IMG/VR virus record: IMGVR_UViG_3300028569_002824
Location: 60,474-124,473 of that record
DNA length: 64,000 nt
Direction: 5' to 3' (one strand)
From: a virus
Part shown: piece after piece, positions 56,605 through 64,000 of the stretch
Numbering within the stretch: position 1 is the stretch's first letter
How the letters are laid out: every line of letters starts with the position of its first letter
Position numbers and translations under genes: made by a program
The notes under the pieces: model-generated
What the model saw: the letters and a program-made list of their open reading frames with translations, nothing else
What the model was told of the DNA's origin: nothing
The model's database searches: none

Positions 56605-57798
56605 TCAGTTTATTGCTTTCGTGTTAGTACGAGCGGATTTTGTTGAGATCAACTTGTCGTTAACTCTCCTTTTTATTTTGGTGTAGTTTGAATGATTGTT
56701 TTTCCACCAAGCTAGATGCCATGTCATGAATAACTTAATTAATTCTTTGTAGTCTCCTCTTTTAATTTCAGGAAACCATCTCCAATATGGAACACTGCAT
56801 CCTACTTTATGAGTTCTATGCAGTATTTCATCAGGGAGTAAGTGATCAAAAGCGTTCAACAATACAGTTTTTGGTTTACCGTGAGTATAGTCTAATTGTT
56901 TATCATAACTAAAAGCAAACGTTTCAACCGCCTCACTTTTAAACGGATCAATCAAAGTTAATCCATAATATTCTTCCAGAAAACACTCGTTATACTGTTC
57001 CTGATCATCACAGTTACCCATAATATCATGCAATCTATTTGTAATCGGTCCGCCTGTAGTATTAAATTCGGTTTTTATTGTGTCGGACATTCCAAGCAAT
57101 CGTAATAAAATTTTATCTGGCGAGCCGATAGCTTTTTCACACATTGTGTTGTAACCGCTAAACATAGGACTATCGTGTATTAGCTTGTGAGTTTCAAGTG
57201 CGAACCCTATTTTAAAATGTCCAAAACAATAATCAGCATGAGACCCAATTAAAATATTCTTGTACCCAGCCTCTTTAATTTTTCTCATTAAACAATCAAG
57301 TGCAAAAAATCCTGAATGTCTACTTAACAACCCGTTTTTTGCTATGATCTTTTTAAGATGAGGAAGGTCTTTTTGTGGAGTAACTAAATTCATTTTAGCT
57401 CCTATTTTATTTGCTACCACTTTAGCAAAATGAACCTCTCCGAGCCCTTGCTCAGTTCCGTTATCAAGAGTCCAAACTTCTTTTGGTTCCCATAACATAG
57501 TAATTATTGATGAGTCTACTCCACCGCTTAAAAGCACAGCAGTGTCGTCTCCATATTTATTTTTCAATGAACAAGTCCGTTCTTGGATTATTTCTGTTAA
57601 CGTATTCCCAGAAAGCTTGTCGTAAAAATCCTGATTTTCTTCTTTTTTATAAAAAACATTTTCGTATGGAGTTGTGCCATTACTCAGTGGAGATCCATTT
57701 AAAATGGTATTTATTTTAATAAAAAGCGGATTTTCTACTACATCCATCAGGTTTGTAGAACTCAATCCTGTTTTGTTGTTAGTAAAATAATATTTCAT
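56605..57798 (-). CDS. asparagine synthase-like synthetase domain protein (no glutaminase domain)
   Basis: LLSGGVDSS, GSHADYCFG, DPF, LPDEILHRTHKVG. Confidence 0.75.
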   Translation of the reverse strand: MKYYFTNNKTGLSSTNLMDVVENPLFIKINTILNGSPLSNGTTPYENVFYKKEENQDFYDKLSGNTLTEIIQERTCSLKNKYGDDTAVLLSGGVDSSIITMLWEPKEVWTLDNGTEQGLGEVHFAKVVANKIGAKMNLVTPQKDLPHLKKIIAKNGLLSRHSGFFALDCLMRKIKEAGYKNILIGSHADYCFGHFKIGFALETHKLIHDSPMFSGYNTMCEKAIGSPDKILLRLLGMSDTIKTEFNTTGGPITNRLHDIMGNCDDQEQYNECFLEEYYGLTLIDPFKSEAVETFAFSYDKQLDYTHGKPKTVLLNAFDHLLPDEILHRTHKVGCSVPYWRWFPEIKRGDYKELIKLFMTWHLAWWKNNHSNYTKIKRRVNDKLISTKSARTNTKAIN

Positions 57799-57828
57799 TG
57801 AGATTAATTAAACAAAAACCGTATTAAG

Positions 57829-58539
57829 TCAAACGGAATCAGAGGAGTTGTTCTTAAAGTGAGTAGTAATAACACGTCGGTCTGAGCAACGAAAACGGCC
57901 ATGTTCGTCTATAATCTCTCCAATAAAAGCAAACTCATCTAAACATCTGGATCGCTTTATCTTAGTGCTTATACCTTCATAATTGAAAAATTCATCATGC
58001 ACGAACAAATCAGAAACAATAAGTTTGTAAATCACATCAGCTAAAAAACGTTGATCTACTGTACAGTCTCTTTTTCTGGTATTTTTTTGGATATATGTAG
58101 ACATTAATTCAGAAAAATTTGGAATTGAGTTTCCTTTAGCTCCCCACATACCAGCATTAATTAGATAGCGATGTCCTTTTGGATGGTCTCTTATTATGTG
58201 AAATTTTTTTTCTGAATTAATCCATTCGTTTACAGCAATTTCATCTCTAATACTTATTCTGGAATCACAATCTCTAGATATGAAACGCTCTACTTGCTGG
58301 TCTGCTAAGGGCCTAAAACGCCAAAGTGACCCTAAAAATCCACTATTTTCTTCTCGTGTGTTTATTAGACGTACATTTAATGCAGCTAACTCATCTAATA
58401 CGATAGACGGTACGGAATTGTTGTGGTATACCCACATTTTCCAGTCTCGAAAATAAGTTTCTTTGAGTTCAGCGTTTTTGATAGCACCCGTTGTATAAAT
58501 TGGGTTGTCTCCATATAAAGAAAAGCTAATAACTTTCAC
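57829..58539 (-). CDS. conserved glycosyltransferase-like protein
   Basis: VISFSLYG, WRF, SRDCDSR, HIIRDHP, AGMWG, DQRFL; GTG at 58539 preferred. Confidence 0.65.
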   Translation of the reverse strand: MKVISFSLYGDNPIYTTGAIKNAELKETYFRDWKMWVYHNNSVPSIVLDELAALNVRLINTREENSGFLGSLWRFRPLADQQVERFISRDCDSRISIRDEIAVNEWINSEKKFHIIRDHPKGHRYLINAGMWGAKGNSIPNFSELMSTYIQKNTRKRDCTVDQRFLADVIYKLIVSDLFVHDEFFNYEGISTKIKRSRCLDEFAFIGEIIDEHGRFRCSDRRVITTHFKNNSSDSV

Positions 58540-58540
58540 A

Positions 58541-59074
58541 CTAAATCTTGTTGTATGTTTGATCATACTCGAGCTGAGCAATACGGTAATAACCTTGATC
58601 TCCGTCTTTTACGAGATAATCACCCTTCTTAAGAACCATGTCTTCTCCCCACGGAGCTTTAAATGTAATTGGTTGTTCGATGTTATCCACTCTTGCTACT
58701 GTTCTAGGACTTTGTTCAGGAATTACTGTCTCTCCAATCTTGCCTGTATATAATTTAGGAAACTTAGCTACCTTTACAACATATTGTTCTTTACTTGGCC
58801 CAGACATTATAACATCTTCGGGTTGTGCGACATTTTGCGTTTCTTTACCGTCCGCAGTATTAGTAACAACTTGTTGTTGTTCTTTTGCTACAGCGTATGA
58901 CATCGCAGGCATATTTTCCGTACTGTTAGCAAACGCATATTTCTTTGGTTGTTTTGTTGTTTGCTTCCATTGCAAAGACGGAAGTATAGACTCAAGACCA
59001 TTACCTCCCTCATTCTCTTTAATATATATGGATTGGTATGCTTCTTCTAATAATGTTTGGTCTTTGGATTTCAT
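58541..59074 (-). CDS. PGDYG-like protein with MKSKDQTLLEEAY leader
   Basis: FKAPWGEDMVLKKGDYLV; TATAAATA upstream. Confidence 0.65.
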   Translation of the reverse strand: MKSKDQTLLEEAYQSIYIKENEGGNGLESILPSLQWKQTTKQPKKYAFANSTENMPAMSYAVAKEQQQVVTNTADGKETQNVAQPEDVIMSGPSKEQYVVKVAKFPKLYTGKIGETVIPEQSPRTVARVDNIEQPITFKAPWGEDMVLKKGDYLVKDGDQGYYRIAQLEYDQTYNKI

Positions 59075-59081
59075 GTGAAGT

Positions 59082-59089
59082 TATTTATA
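59082..59089 (-). promoter_or_regulatory. T4-late-type promoter TATAAATA
   Basis: Exact T4 gp55 consensus 7 nt before ATG; also at 29683..29690. Confidence 0.55.
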
Positions 59090-59116
59090 GTAGGAATGTG
59101 CATTTTAATGTACAGG

Positions 59117-59380
59117 TTAAATCAGATCAACAAATACAGGAGTGGACTCTCCGACATAAGCTCCTTGTACGTTGAAGTCAAAATACTCCATTGCCTCTTC
59201 TTCTGACAGCGTTTGCTGAAGAATATGCAAACATTTGCTCTTGTCGTATAACGCAAACGGAGGTTTAGTGAATTGTCTTCCTATACCTAAAAATGCATCT
59301 TCAAAACCAGAAGCTAACATAACTTTCTCTTCTGGAGAAATCATACGAGAAGCTACAGCTTCTAATTCTTGTTCGGTCAT
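59117..59380 (-). CDS. conserved phage hypothetical protein
   Basis: GFEDAFLG...EAMEYFDFNVQGAYVGESTP. Confidence 0.75.
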   Translation of the reverse strand: MTEQELEAVASRMISPEEKVMLASGFEDAFLGIGRQFTKPPFALYDKSKCLHILQQTLSEEEAMEYFDFNVQGAYVGESTPVFVDLI

Positions 59381-59516
59381 TACCCAGCCTTATCAATAAT
59401 ATTAGAACTCGAAGTGATGGTCGGATCAATGTCCGTAACTGAAATTGTGCTTGTAATTTCTGCAATGTTTACACCATACTTCCAATGGTATGTTTCGTCT
59501 GTTTGTATATGTTTTT

Positions 59517-59762
59517 TCATAAGTTGTTATCTGTTATTATATTAATTAAAAAATTGTTAGTTTCTATCATTTCAGTTAGTTCCTCCCGAAATGACTCGAG
59601 GTATTGTATAGCGGTAGTACCTGGCAATGTTCCGTTTCTGTATCGAGTTACTATGTCTTGTATGCGCGTGCTTTTTGGTAATTCATCAAAAGGCACATCA
59701 CGCAACAGGAAAAGCTTTGCTTGTTCGATAGATACAGTTAAGTGTGCTTCTTGGTTAGTCAT
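59517..59762 (-). CDS. hypothetical protein
   Basis: TAATG coupling. Confidence 0.55.
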   Translation of the reverse strand: MTNQEAHLTVSIEQAKLFLLRDVPFDELPKSTRIQDIVTRYRNGTLPGTTAIQYLESFREELTEMIETNNFLINIITDNNL

Positions 59763-60037
59763 TAAATTGGTGAGTCATTTTGCTCGTTGCGAGAATTTAA
59801 TCCTTCGTTAAGAAGAGATGGAATATCTTTAACGGTTTCTGGAGTAAGGCTGAAATTTCTTCCTGTATTAAAAAAGTGCTTCGGATCTTTATTGAGCTCC
59901 GTTATGCAACATTTCAGCAAACGTTTATGTTGTCTTTCTTCTTTCCAAAGTGTACTTATGTGGCACTTTAGCGAACGTTTGCGTTGTCTTTCTGCCTTCC
60001 AAAGAGTTAGTTGGCTGTAAATTTTTTGTAGGATCAT
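59762..60037 (-). CDS. hypothetical protein with short internal duplication
   Basis: TLWKAERQRKRSLKC and TLWKEERQHKRLLKC. Confidence 0.5.
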   Translation of the reverse strand: MILQKIYSQLTLWKAERQRKRSLKCHISTLWKEERQHKRLLKCCITELNKDPKHFFNTGRNFSLTPETVKDIPSLLNEGLNSRNEQNDSPI

Positions 60038-60107
60038 TTTTAAATGATCTACTAAATTAAATAAAATTCAACGCTCGCAAACAGAAAAATTGGTAACTCC
60101 CATAAAT

Positions 60108-60431
60108 TCACTTAATTAGAAATCTGTTAAATTGTTTAACGCCTAACACCTTTGCAGCTTGTTTCACGGCGTTACTGGATTTACCTCCAACATTCCACTT
60201 ATAGATTCCCATGGGAGTTTCGTTCGTTTTCCAGTCATAAATAGTAGCTACTGACTGATCTTCAAACTCCAGAATCCACTCAGCTGTAACTTTCCCGTCA
60301 CCGCACGTTCGTCTAGGTTCTCCGAGCTTCTCTACAAGTTGGTTGTAAGTTGTAGTAATATACCCCTGCAAAGAAGTTCCGTTTGCTGTTTCGCTGTTAT
60401 TATCGACTTTAAATTTAGGAACAATAATCAT
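60108..60431 (-). CDS. conserved phage hypothetical protein
   Basis: GTSLQGYI, LGEP, DGKVTAEW, ATIYDWK, WNVGG. Confidence 0.75.
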   Translation of the reverse strand: MIIVPKFKVDNNSETANGTSLQGYITTTYNQLVEKLGEPRRTCGDGKVTAEWILEFEDQSVATIYDWKTNETPMGIYKWNVGGKSSNAVKQAAKVLGVKQFNRFLIK

Positions 60432-60508
60432 ACCAGAATAGTATATGGCATTATTATGTTAAATCAATTACCAACTTTTATAAAAGCGTTTTTTTTGTAT
60501 CATTTGAT

Positions 60509-61054
60509 TTAAAATTTATAATTAAACCGAATAAGATCATCTTGAAAATGCTTTTCTACTAATTGTATTGTCTCTGGAGTGTGATGTGATCTGTAGTCTT
60601 TTTCTCTAGGATTTGCTCTTTCTTTGGCGTGTATGTCTTTATTTATTTTTAAATTATATCTTTTGTTGATTTCATCAATGTCGTCATTTCTAGTTTCAAA
60701 CTTTATAATATAATCCAATTCTTCATCTATATAATCACAACACGTTAAACCCGCTTCCCATGGAACTTTAGGTATAGAGGTAAGAAATTCTTCTAAAGTT
60801 TCAAATTTTATTCCTCTCCGTCTGGTACTATACCACGTTGAACGATACATGGATATAACTCTATCAAATGGATTTCTGACGACAGCAAATTTAACACTAT
60901 TTGTCCACACATCAGGTCCACATAGGTTCTTTGCAAAACTGGCAGTATGATGCTTTTGATGGAGGGTAATTGAGCGGTCAGCAACAAGAGATCTTTCTAT
61001 TGAAGTGCCACTACATCTAGGAGGATGTATAAAGATAATATTGTCTATAATCAT
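60509..61054 (-). CDS. sulfotransferase family 2 protein
   Basis: FIHPPRCSGTS, VRNPFDRVIS. Confidence 0.85.
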   Translation of the reverse strand: MIIDNIIFIHPPRCSGTSIERSLVADRSITLHQKHHTASFAKNLCGPDVWTNSVKFAVVRNPFDRVISMYRSTWYSTRRRGIKFETLEEFLTSIPKVPWEAGLTCCDYIDEELDYIIKFETRNDDIDEINKRYNLKINKDIHAKERANPREKDYRSHHTPETIQLVEKHFQDDLIRFNYKF

Positions 61055-61063
61055 ATATTGTTT

Positions 61064-61474
61064 TTATTTAATTTGTTCTGATAACATAATCTCCGGACGA
61101 TCCTCATGAAAGTAAGCACTCTCTACTGGAGTCTCATCATATCTCCACTTCATCCAAGCCTCAGCAATATCTTTCGGATCACTCCACCATGCTCTCAACG
61201 GAATTGATTGCCATTGACTATCCCATACCCACAACCGATTCTTTCCTGGAGGATAGAGATAAGCACAAGTAGCATGTCCCCAATTCTTTGTATGAATTGA
61301 TAAAACCTTTGCTTGTACACCACCCTTACGCAAACCTTGAGCCACAGCAATTGCTTCTGGAAGACAAGCCTTCCTGTACGAGCCAGCCCATTCAGGAACT
61401 CCTGTTGGAGGAGTACTCGTACAACCGATCAAAAAAAGCACTAAACACATACAGAGTTTTGACAAAATATTCAT
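61064..61474 (-). CDS. lipoprotein with transglutaminase/papain-like Cys-His-Asp signature
   Basis: Lipobox LIGC; ACLPEA, GHATCAY, WVWD. Confidence 0.55.
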   Translation of the reverse strand: MNILSKLCMCLVLFLIGCTSTPPTGVPEWAGSYRKACLPEAIAVAQGLRKGGVQAKVLSIHTKNWGHATCAYLYPPGKNRLWVWDSQWQSIPLRAWWSDPKDIAEAWMKWRYDETPVESAYFHEDRPEIMLSEQIK

Positions 61475-61479
61475 AAATA

Positions 61480-61527
61480 CTATTTAACAAACTCAACAAG
61501 TTTTAATAATTGTTGATCTTTATTCAT
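61480..61527 (-). pseudogene. leader-only stub MNKDQQLLKLVEFVK closing the EGIF array
   Basis: ATG directly after the TAA of 61528..61893; stops after 15 codons. Confidence 0.6.
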
Positions 61528-61893
61528 TTAAAATATTCCTTCTAGTTCTGGAAGCTTTTTAATAAGCTCATCAAAGTTTGACTCCAGTGTTATCCGCATG
61601 TCCGATTTGTTAATATAATTGCTGATTGATGATCTCTCAATTGCATTTGTAAGGGTTGTTAATACAAGTTCTTTAAACTTGTCTAAATTTATTTTACCGT
61701 CTTCCTCTGTAATATCATAAATGATAAGAATAGGTCCTTTATCGGTTGTTTTAACAATTTCGTGACGAAAGTTAAATCTTTCTATAAATTTTTTGACGAG
61801 AGTCATGTCAAGAATATTTTCAAGCCAAATTTGAGCTTGCTTAGGAGCTTTTATTATTGAAGGATAGCTTATTTCTAGTTTAAACGTTTTCAT
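61528..61893 (-). CDS. EGIF-array protein, unknown domain
   Basis: Ends KKLPELEGIF. Confidence 0.75.
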   Translation of the reverse strand: MKTFKLEISYPSIIKAPKQAQIWLENILDMTLVKKFIERFNFRHEIVKTTDKGPILIIYDITEEDGKINLDKFKELVLTTLTNAIERSSISNYINKSDMRITLESNFDELIKKLPELEGIF

Positions 61894-62393
61894 TAAAATA
61901 TATCTTTCAATTCTGGTAACTTGTCTTCCATCCGACGTACTTTTCGTCTCATACTTTGGTATTTACTTATATCTTCTTCTGAAAAGCCATTCATTTTTAT
62001 TGGTCCTACGACTCTTAAATCGTCTGGAAGTTGTTCCAATCTTTTAATTCCACTATGTTCTAAATTTAAATATCCACCCACTTTTAAATTTGTCGGAAGT
62101 GATTTAAGTTTTTCACAACGATGCAAATTCGCGTTTCCTATTACTGTTAAATTATCAGGAAGAGATTCAAGATTTGCGCAATTGCTGAGTATTAAGTTTC
62201 TTCCAACTAACTTCAATGTAGAAGGAAGTGATTTAAGATCCAAAGTTCCAGGTAAATATAAATGTGATGTACTTCCATTTTTAATGTACTTTTCTATTGC
62301 TGAATCTGTAGTTTCTCCAGGATAGTGACAATTTTCTTGCTTGTTTGACACTTCTTCATAAAGAAGTTCTAATTGCTTCTGATCCGTATTCAT
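61893..62393 (-). CDS. EGIF-array protein with LRR-like LPxNLxV repeats
   Basis: MNTDQKQLELLYEE; LPSTL, LPDNLTV, LPTNLKV, LPDDLRV; ends KLPELKDIF. Confidence 0.8.
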   Translation of the reverse strand: MNTDQKQLELLYEEVSNKQENCHYPGETTDSAIEKYIKNGSTSHLYLPGTLDLKSLPSTLKLVGRNLILSNCANLESLPDNLTVIGNANLHRCEKLKSLPTNLKVGGYLNLEHSGIKRLEQLPDDLRVVGPIKMNGFSEEDISKYQSMRRKVRRMEDKLPELKDIF

Positions 62394-63020
62394 TTAAAAT
62401 ATTCCTTCTATTTCTGGAAGTTTCTTCCTCAGCCCTTGAAGCTTTTCTTCTTCTTTTCTCCACTCATAGGCTTTACGGACCCATTCTATTTCATTTTCAA
62501 TTTCTTTAATACTGGTTTTGTCGGTAAAAGCAAACTTGATATGGTGTTTGATGTATTTTTCAAAAGCTTCCGTGAGTTTAGAAACATCTTCTGCTGAAAC
62601 GGTTTCAACAGCGCCTGCTTGAAGTGGATCGAAAAACGTCAAACAAATTTTACTTTTTGAATTTGAGACAATCCTTTGAAATGTGAGCATCGTGTTTTTT
62701 GCCATTATTCTTACGACATACCCCTCATAAAGAGAATTAAAGTATTTTGTTATTTCTGGACCTAGGTTCAACTTTGCTAGCGTTTCATCAGGAATGTCAT
62801 GATGCATTTTCGTTAGCTTTATCCAAAATGCGGTATAAAGCGAAGTTGGTAAAAAATGAAAGCGCTTTTTAGTGTTTTCTGTTGATGTAATTGTCGAAGC
62901 AATTGTCGTTGCAAATCTCTGTGAAAGGTCTTTAGCAAGCAACTCTTCTTCTTTAGTAAAATTGAAGTCATTGACCGTCGACTCACCAATCGGTTTTAAT
63001 TTCTTTTGATCTTTGTTCAT
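62394..63020 (-). CDS. EGIF-array protein, unknown domain
   Basis: MNKDQKKL; ends KKLPEIEGIF. Confidence 0.75.
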   Translation of the reverse strand: MNKDQKKLKPIGESTVNDFNFTKEEELLAKDLSQRFATTIASTITSTENTKKRFHFLPTSLYTAFWIKLTKMHHDIPDETLAKLNLGPEITKYFNSLYEGYVVRIMAKNTMLTFQRIVSNSKSKICLTFFDPLQAGAVETVSAEDVSKLTEAFEKYIKHHIKFAFTDKTSIKEIENEIEWVRKAYEWRKEEEKLQGLRKKLPEIEGIF

Positions 63021-63592
63021 TAAAATATTCCCTCTATTTCCGGAAGTTTTTTCTTTAGTTCTTCATACTTCTTGAGCCTCTCATTATGCTCTTTGAATTC
63101 TTCGTTAGAAAAATTGGAAGAATGAACCTTGCCTTTTACATCAACATAATGCTTTATGTCTTTTAGTTGCATGTCGGTTGCAGTCATAAATAGATCTTCT
63201 CCAATTTTTAAATTTTTAGGTAAAGCATTGATATAGGTATAACCAATGATTAAGTTCTCTCCAACTGTTAAGTTGTCTGGAAGGGAGGTTAATGACGAGC
63301 TTCTTAAGTCTAATCTTGCTGACACCTTCAAGTTTTTTGGTAAAGTTTTAAACTTTGAGCCTTCTGCGTCCATAGTTCCGGTTACGGTCATGTTATCTGG
63401 AAAGCGTTTAATTTTTGCATATCTCATTTGCAAATTTCCTTTGACTATAAAATTATCTGGAAAAGAAACTCCGTTTGCCCTTGTTAAATCTAAGTCTCCT
63501 ATGTTTCCAAAAGTGATATATTTGTCAATTATTGTTTGAGTTTCAACTGTGCTATAAGCCTCTTCAAGCAACGTTTGATCTACAGTTTTCAT
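63020..63592 (-). CDS. EGIF-array protein with LRR-like LPxNLxV repeats
   Basis: MKTVDQTLLEEAY; FPDNFIV, FPDNMTV, LPKNLKV, LPDNLTV, LPKNLKI; ends KKLPEIEGIF. Confidence 0.8.
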   Translation of the reverse strand: MKTVDQTLLEEAYSTVETQTIIDKYITFGNIGDLDLTRANGVSFPDNFIVKGNLQMRYAKIKRFPDNMTVTGTMDAEGSKFKTLPKNLKVSARLDLRSSSLTSLPDNLTVGENLIIGYTYINALPKNLKIGEDLFMTATDMQLKDIKHYVDVKGKVHSSNFSNEEFKEHNERLKKYEELKKKLPEIEGIF

Positions 63593-64000
63593 TTAAAATA
63601 TTCCCTCTATTTCCGGTAGCTTAGCTTCCATCTTCCTAACCTTTGGAGAGTTTTCATCTATATCAGCATTTGCAATAATTTTTTGGCTAGCATAATATTC
63701 CATTCCATCCATCCAATAGTCAAGATTTTCAATTGCTCTGTCTAATTCCAACAAATAATCTTCTACAATATTTGTTGGAATATCAATAATTTTGAATCTT
63801 AGAGAATTTTGATCTATTTTAGTGTCAAATGCATATTTTTTTGTTGGATTATAATATTGCTTCATTAGAGTTTCTGCGTGCCTTGTAAGTCTCCAAGCAA
63901 TGCCATCTACGAGTTCTGGTGTTGTTTTGTTTCCATGCATGTCTGTTGAATTCATCTGTACTATAATATCAGCAACTGCACTGGTTTCTTCTCCTTTCAT
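63593..64000 (-). CDS. EGIF-array protein, possibly 5'-truncated by the window edge
   Basis: Ends AKLPEIEGIF; the ORF reaches the window boundary. Confidence 0.7.
   Translation of the reverse strand: MKGEETSAVADIIVQMNSTDMHGNKTTPELVDGIAWRLTRHAETLMKQYYNPTKKYAFDTKIDQNSLRFKIIDIPTNIVEDYLLELDRAIENLDYWMDGMEYYASQKIIANADIDENSPKVRKMEAKLPEIEGIF

Larger units (their letters stand above)
61510..63622 (-). repeat. five related gene-junction repeats (KLPE[IL][EK][GD]IF-TAA-ATG)
   Basis: Junctions near 61528, 61893, 62394, 63020 and 63593 share AAR-YTN-CCR-GAA-NTR-RAR-GRW-ATA-TTT-TAA(A)TG. Confidence 0.85.

Noticed and set aside
1602-63539. Many antisense or nested ORFs in the track (e.g. 1602..1904, 12904..13158, 22883..23266, 34857..35279, 58638..59078, 61921..62325)
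   Set aside because: They lie opposite or inside better-supported genes and lack recognisable motifs
61510-63622. Array junctions as integron attC sites
   Set aside because: The junctions are fully coding with no intergenic palindromes or RYYYAAC/GTTRRRY boxes, and no integron integrase is in the window
1-64000. Cellular chromosome or eukaryotic giant virus origin
   Set aside because: No ribosomal or housekeeping operons, and many tiny phage-type ORFs; tmRNA, sigma70 promoters, TilS and ClpC indicate a bacterial host rather than an NCLDV
1-64000. Alternative genetic code (stop or AGA reassignment)
   Set aside because: Conserved genes are full-length in code 11, TAG and TGA end tightly packed genes, no suppressor tRNA is seen, and AGA encodes conserved Arg in ClpC

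Overview
AT-rich, gene-dense segment of a large tailed bacteriophage genome; no structural, replisome or rRNA genes fall in this window. Phage identity rests on runs of short co-oriented hypothetical genes, thyX, an Rnl2-type RNA ligase, a DenV-like glycosylase, a tmRNA, 18 tRNAs plus one chimeric pseudo-tRNA, and both sigma70-like and T4-late-like promoter motifs. ClpC and a DUF4032-like protein suggest a Verrucomicrobiota/PVC host (inference). The window is dominated by a glycan-modification toolkit: 13 sulfotransferase-fold genes, many glycosyltransferases, methyltransferases, WcbI-like proteins, RmlC and a beta-helix protein, including a 13-kb opposite-strand island with a 1.25-kb internal direct repeat. 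The most striking unexplained system is at 61.5-64 kb: a tandem array of largely unrelated proteins that all end in KLPE[IL][EK][GD]IF-stop. Most start with an M-x-x-DQ-x-x-L leader, and a leader-only stub closes the array; the same leader recurs on dispersed genes behind late-type promoter motifs. Other highlights are a tmRNA with a 34-codon tag ending YSLEA, a tRNA-Ser with an ACT anticodon, a Gln/Leu chimeric tRNA flanking an inserted gene, and a minimal TilS next to a CAT tRNA whose own gene almost avoids ATA codons. All family calls are by motif recognition, not database search.
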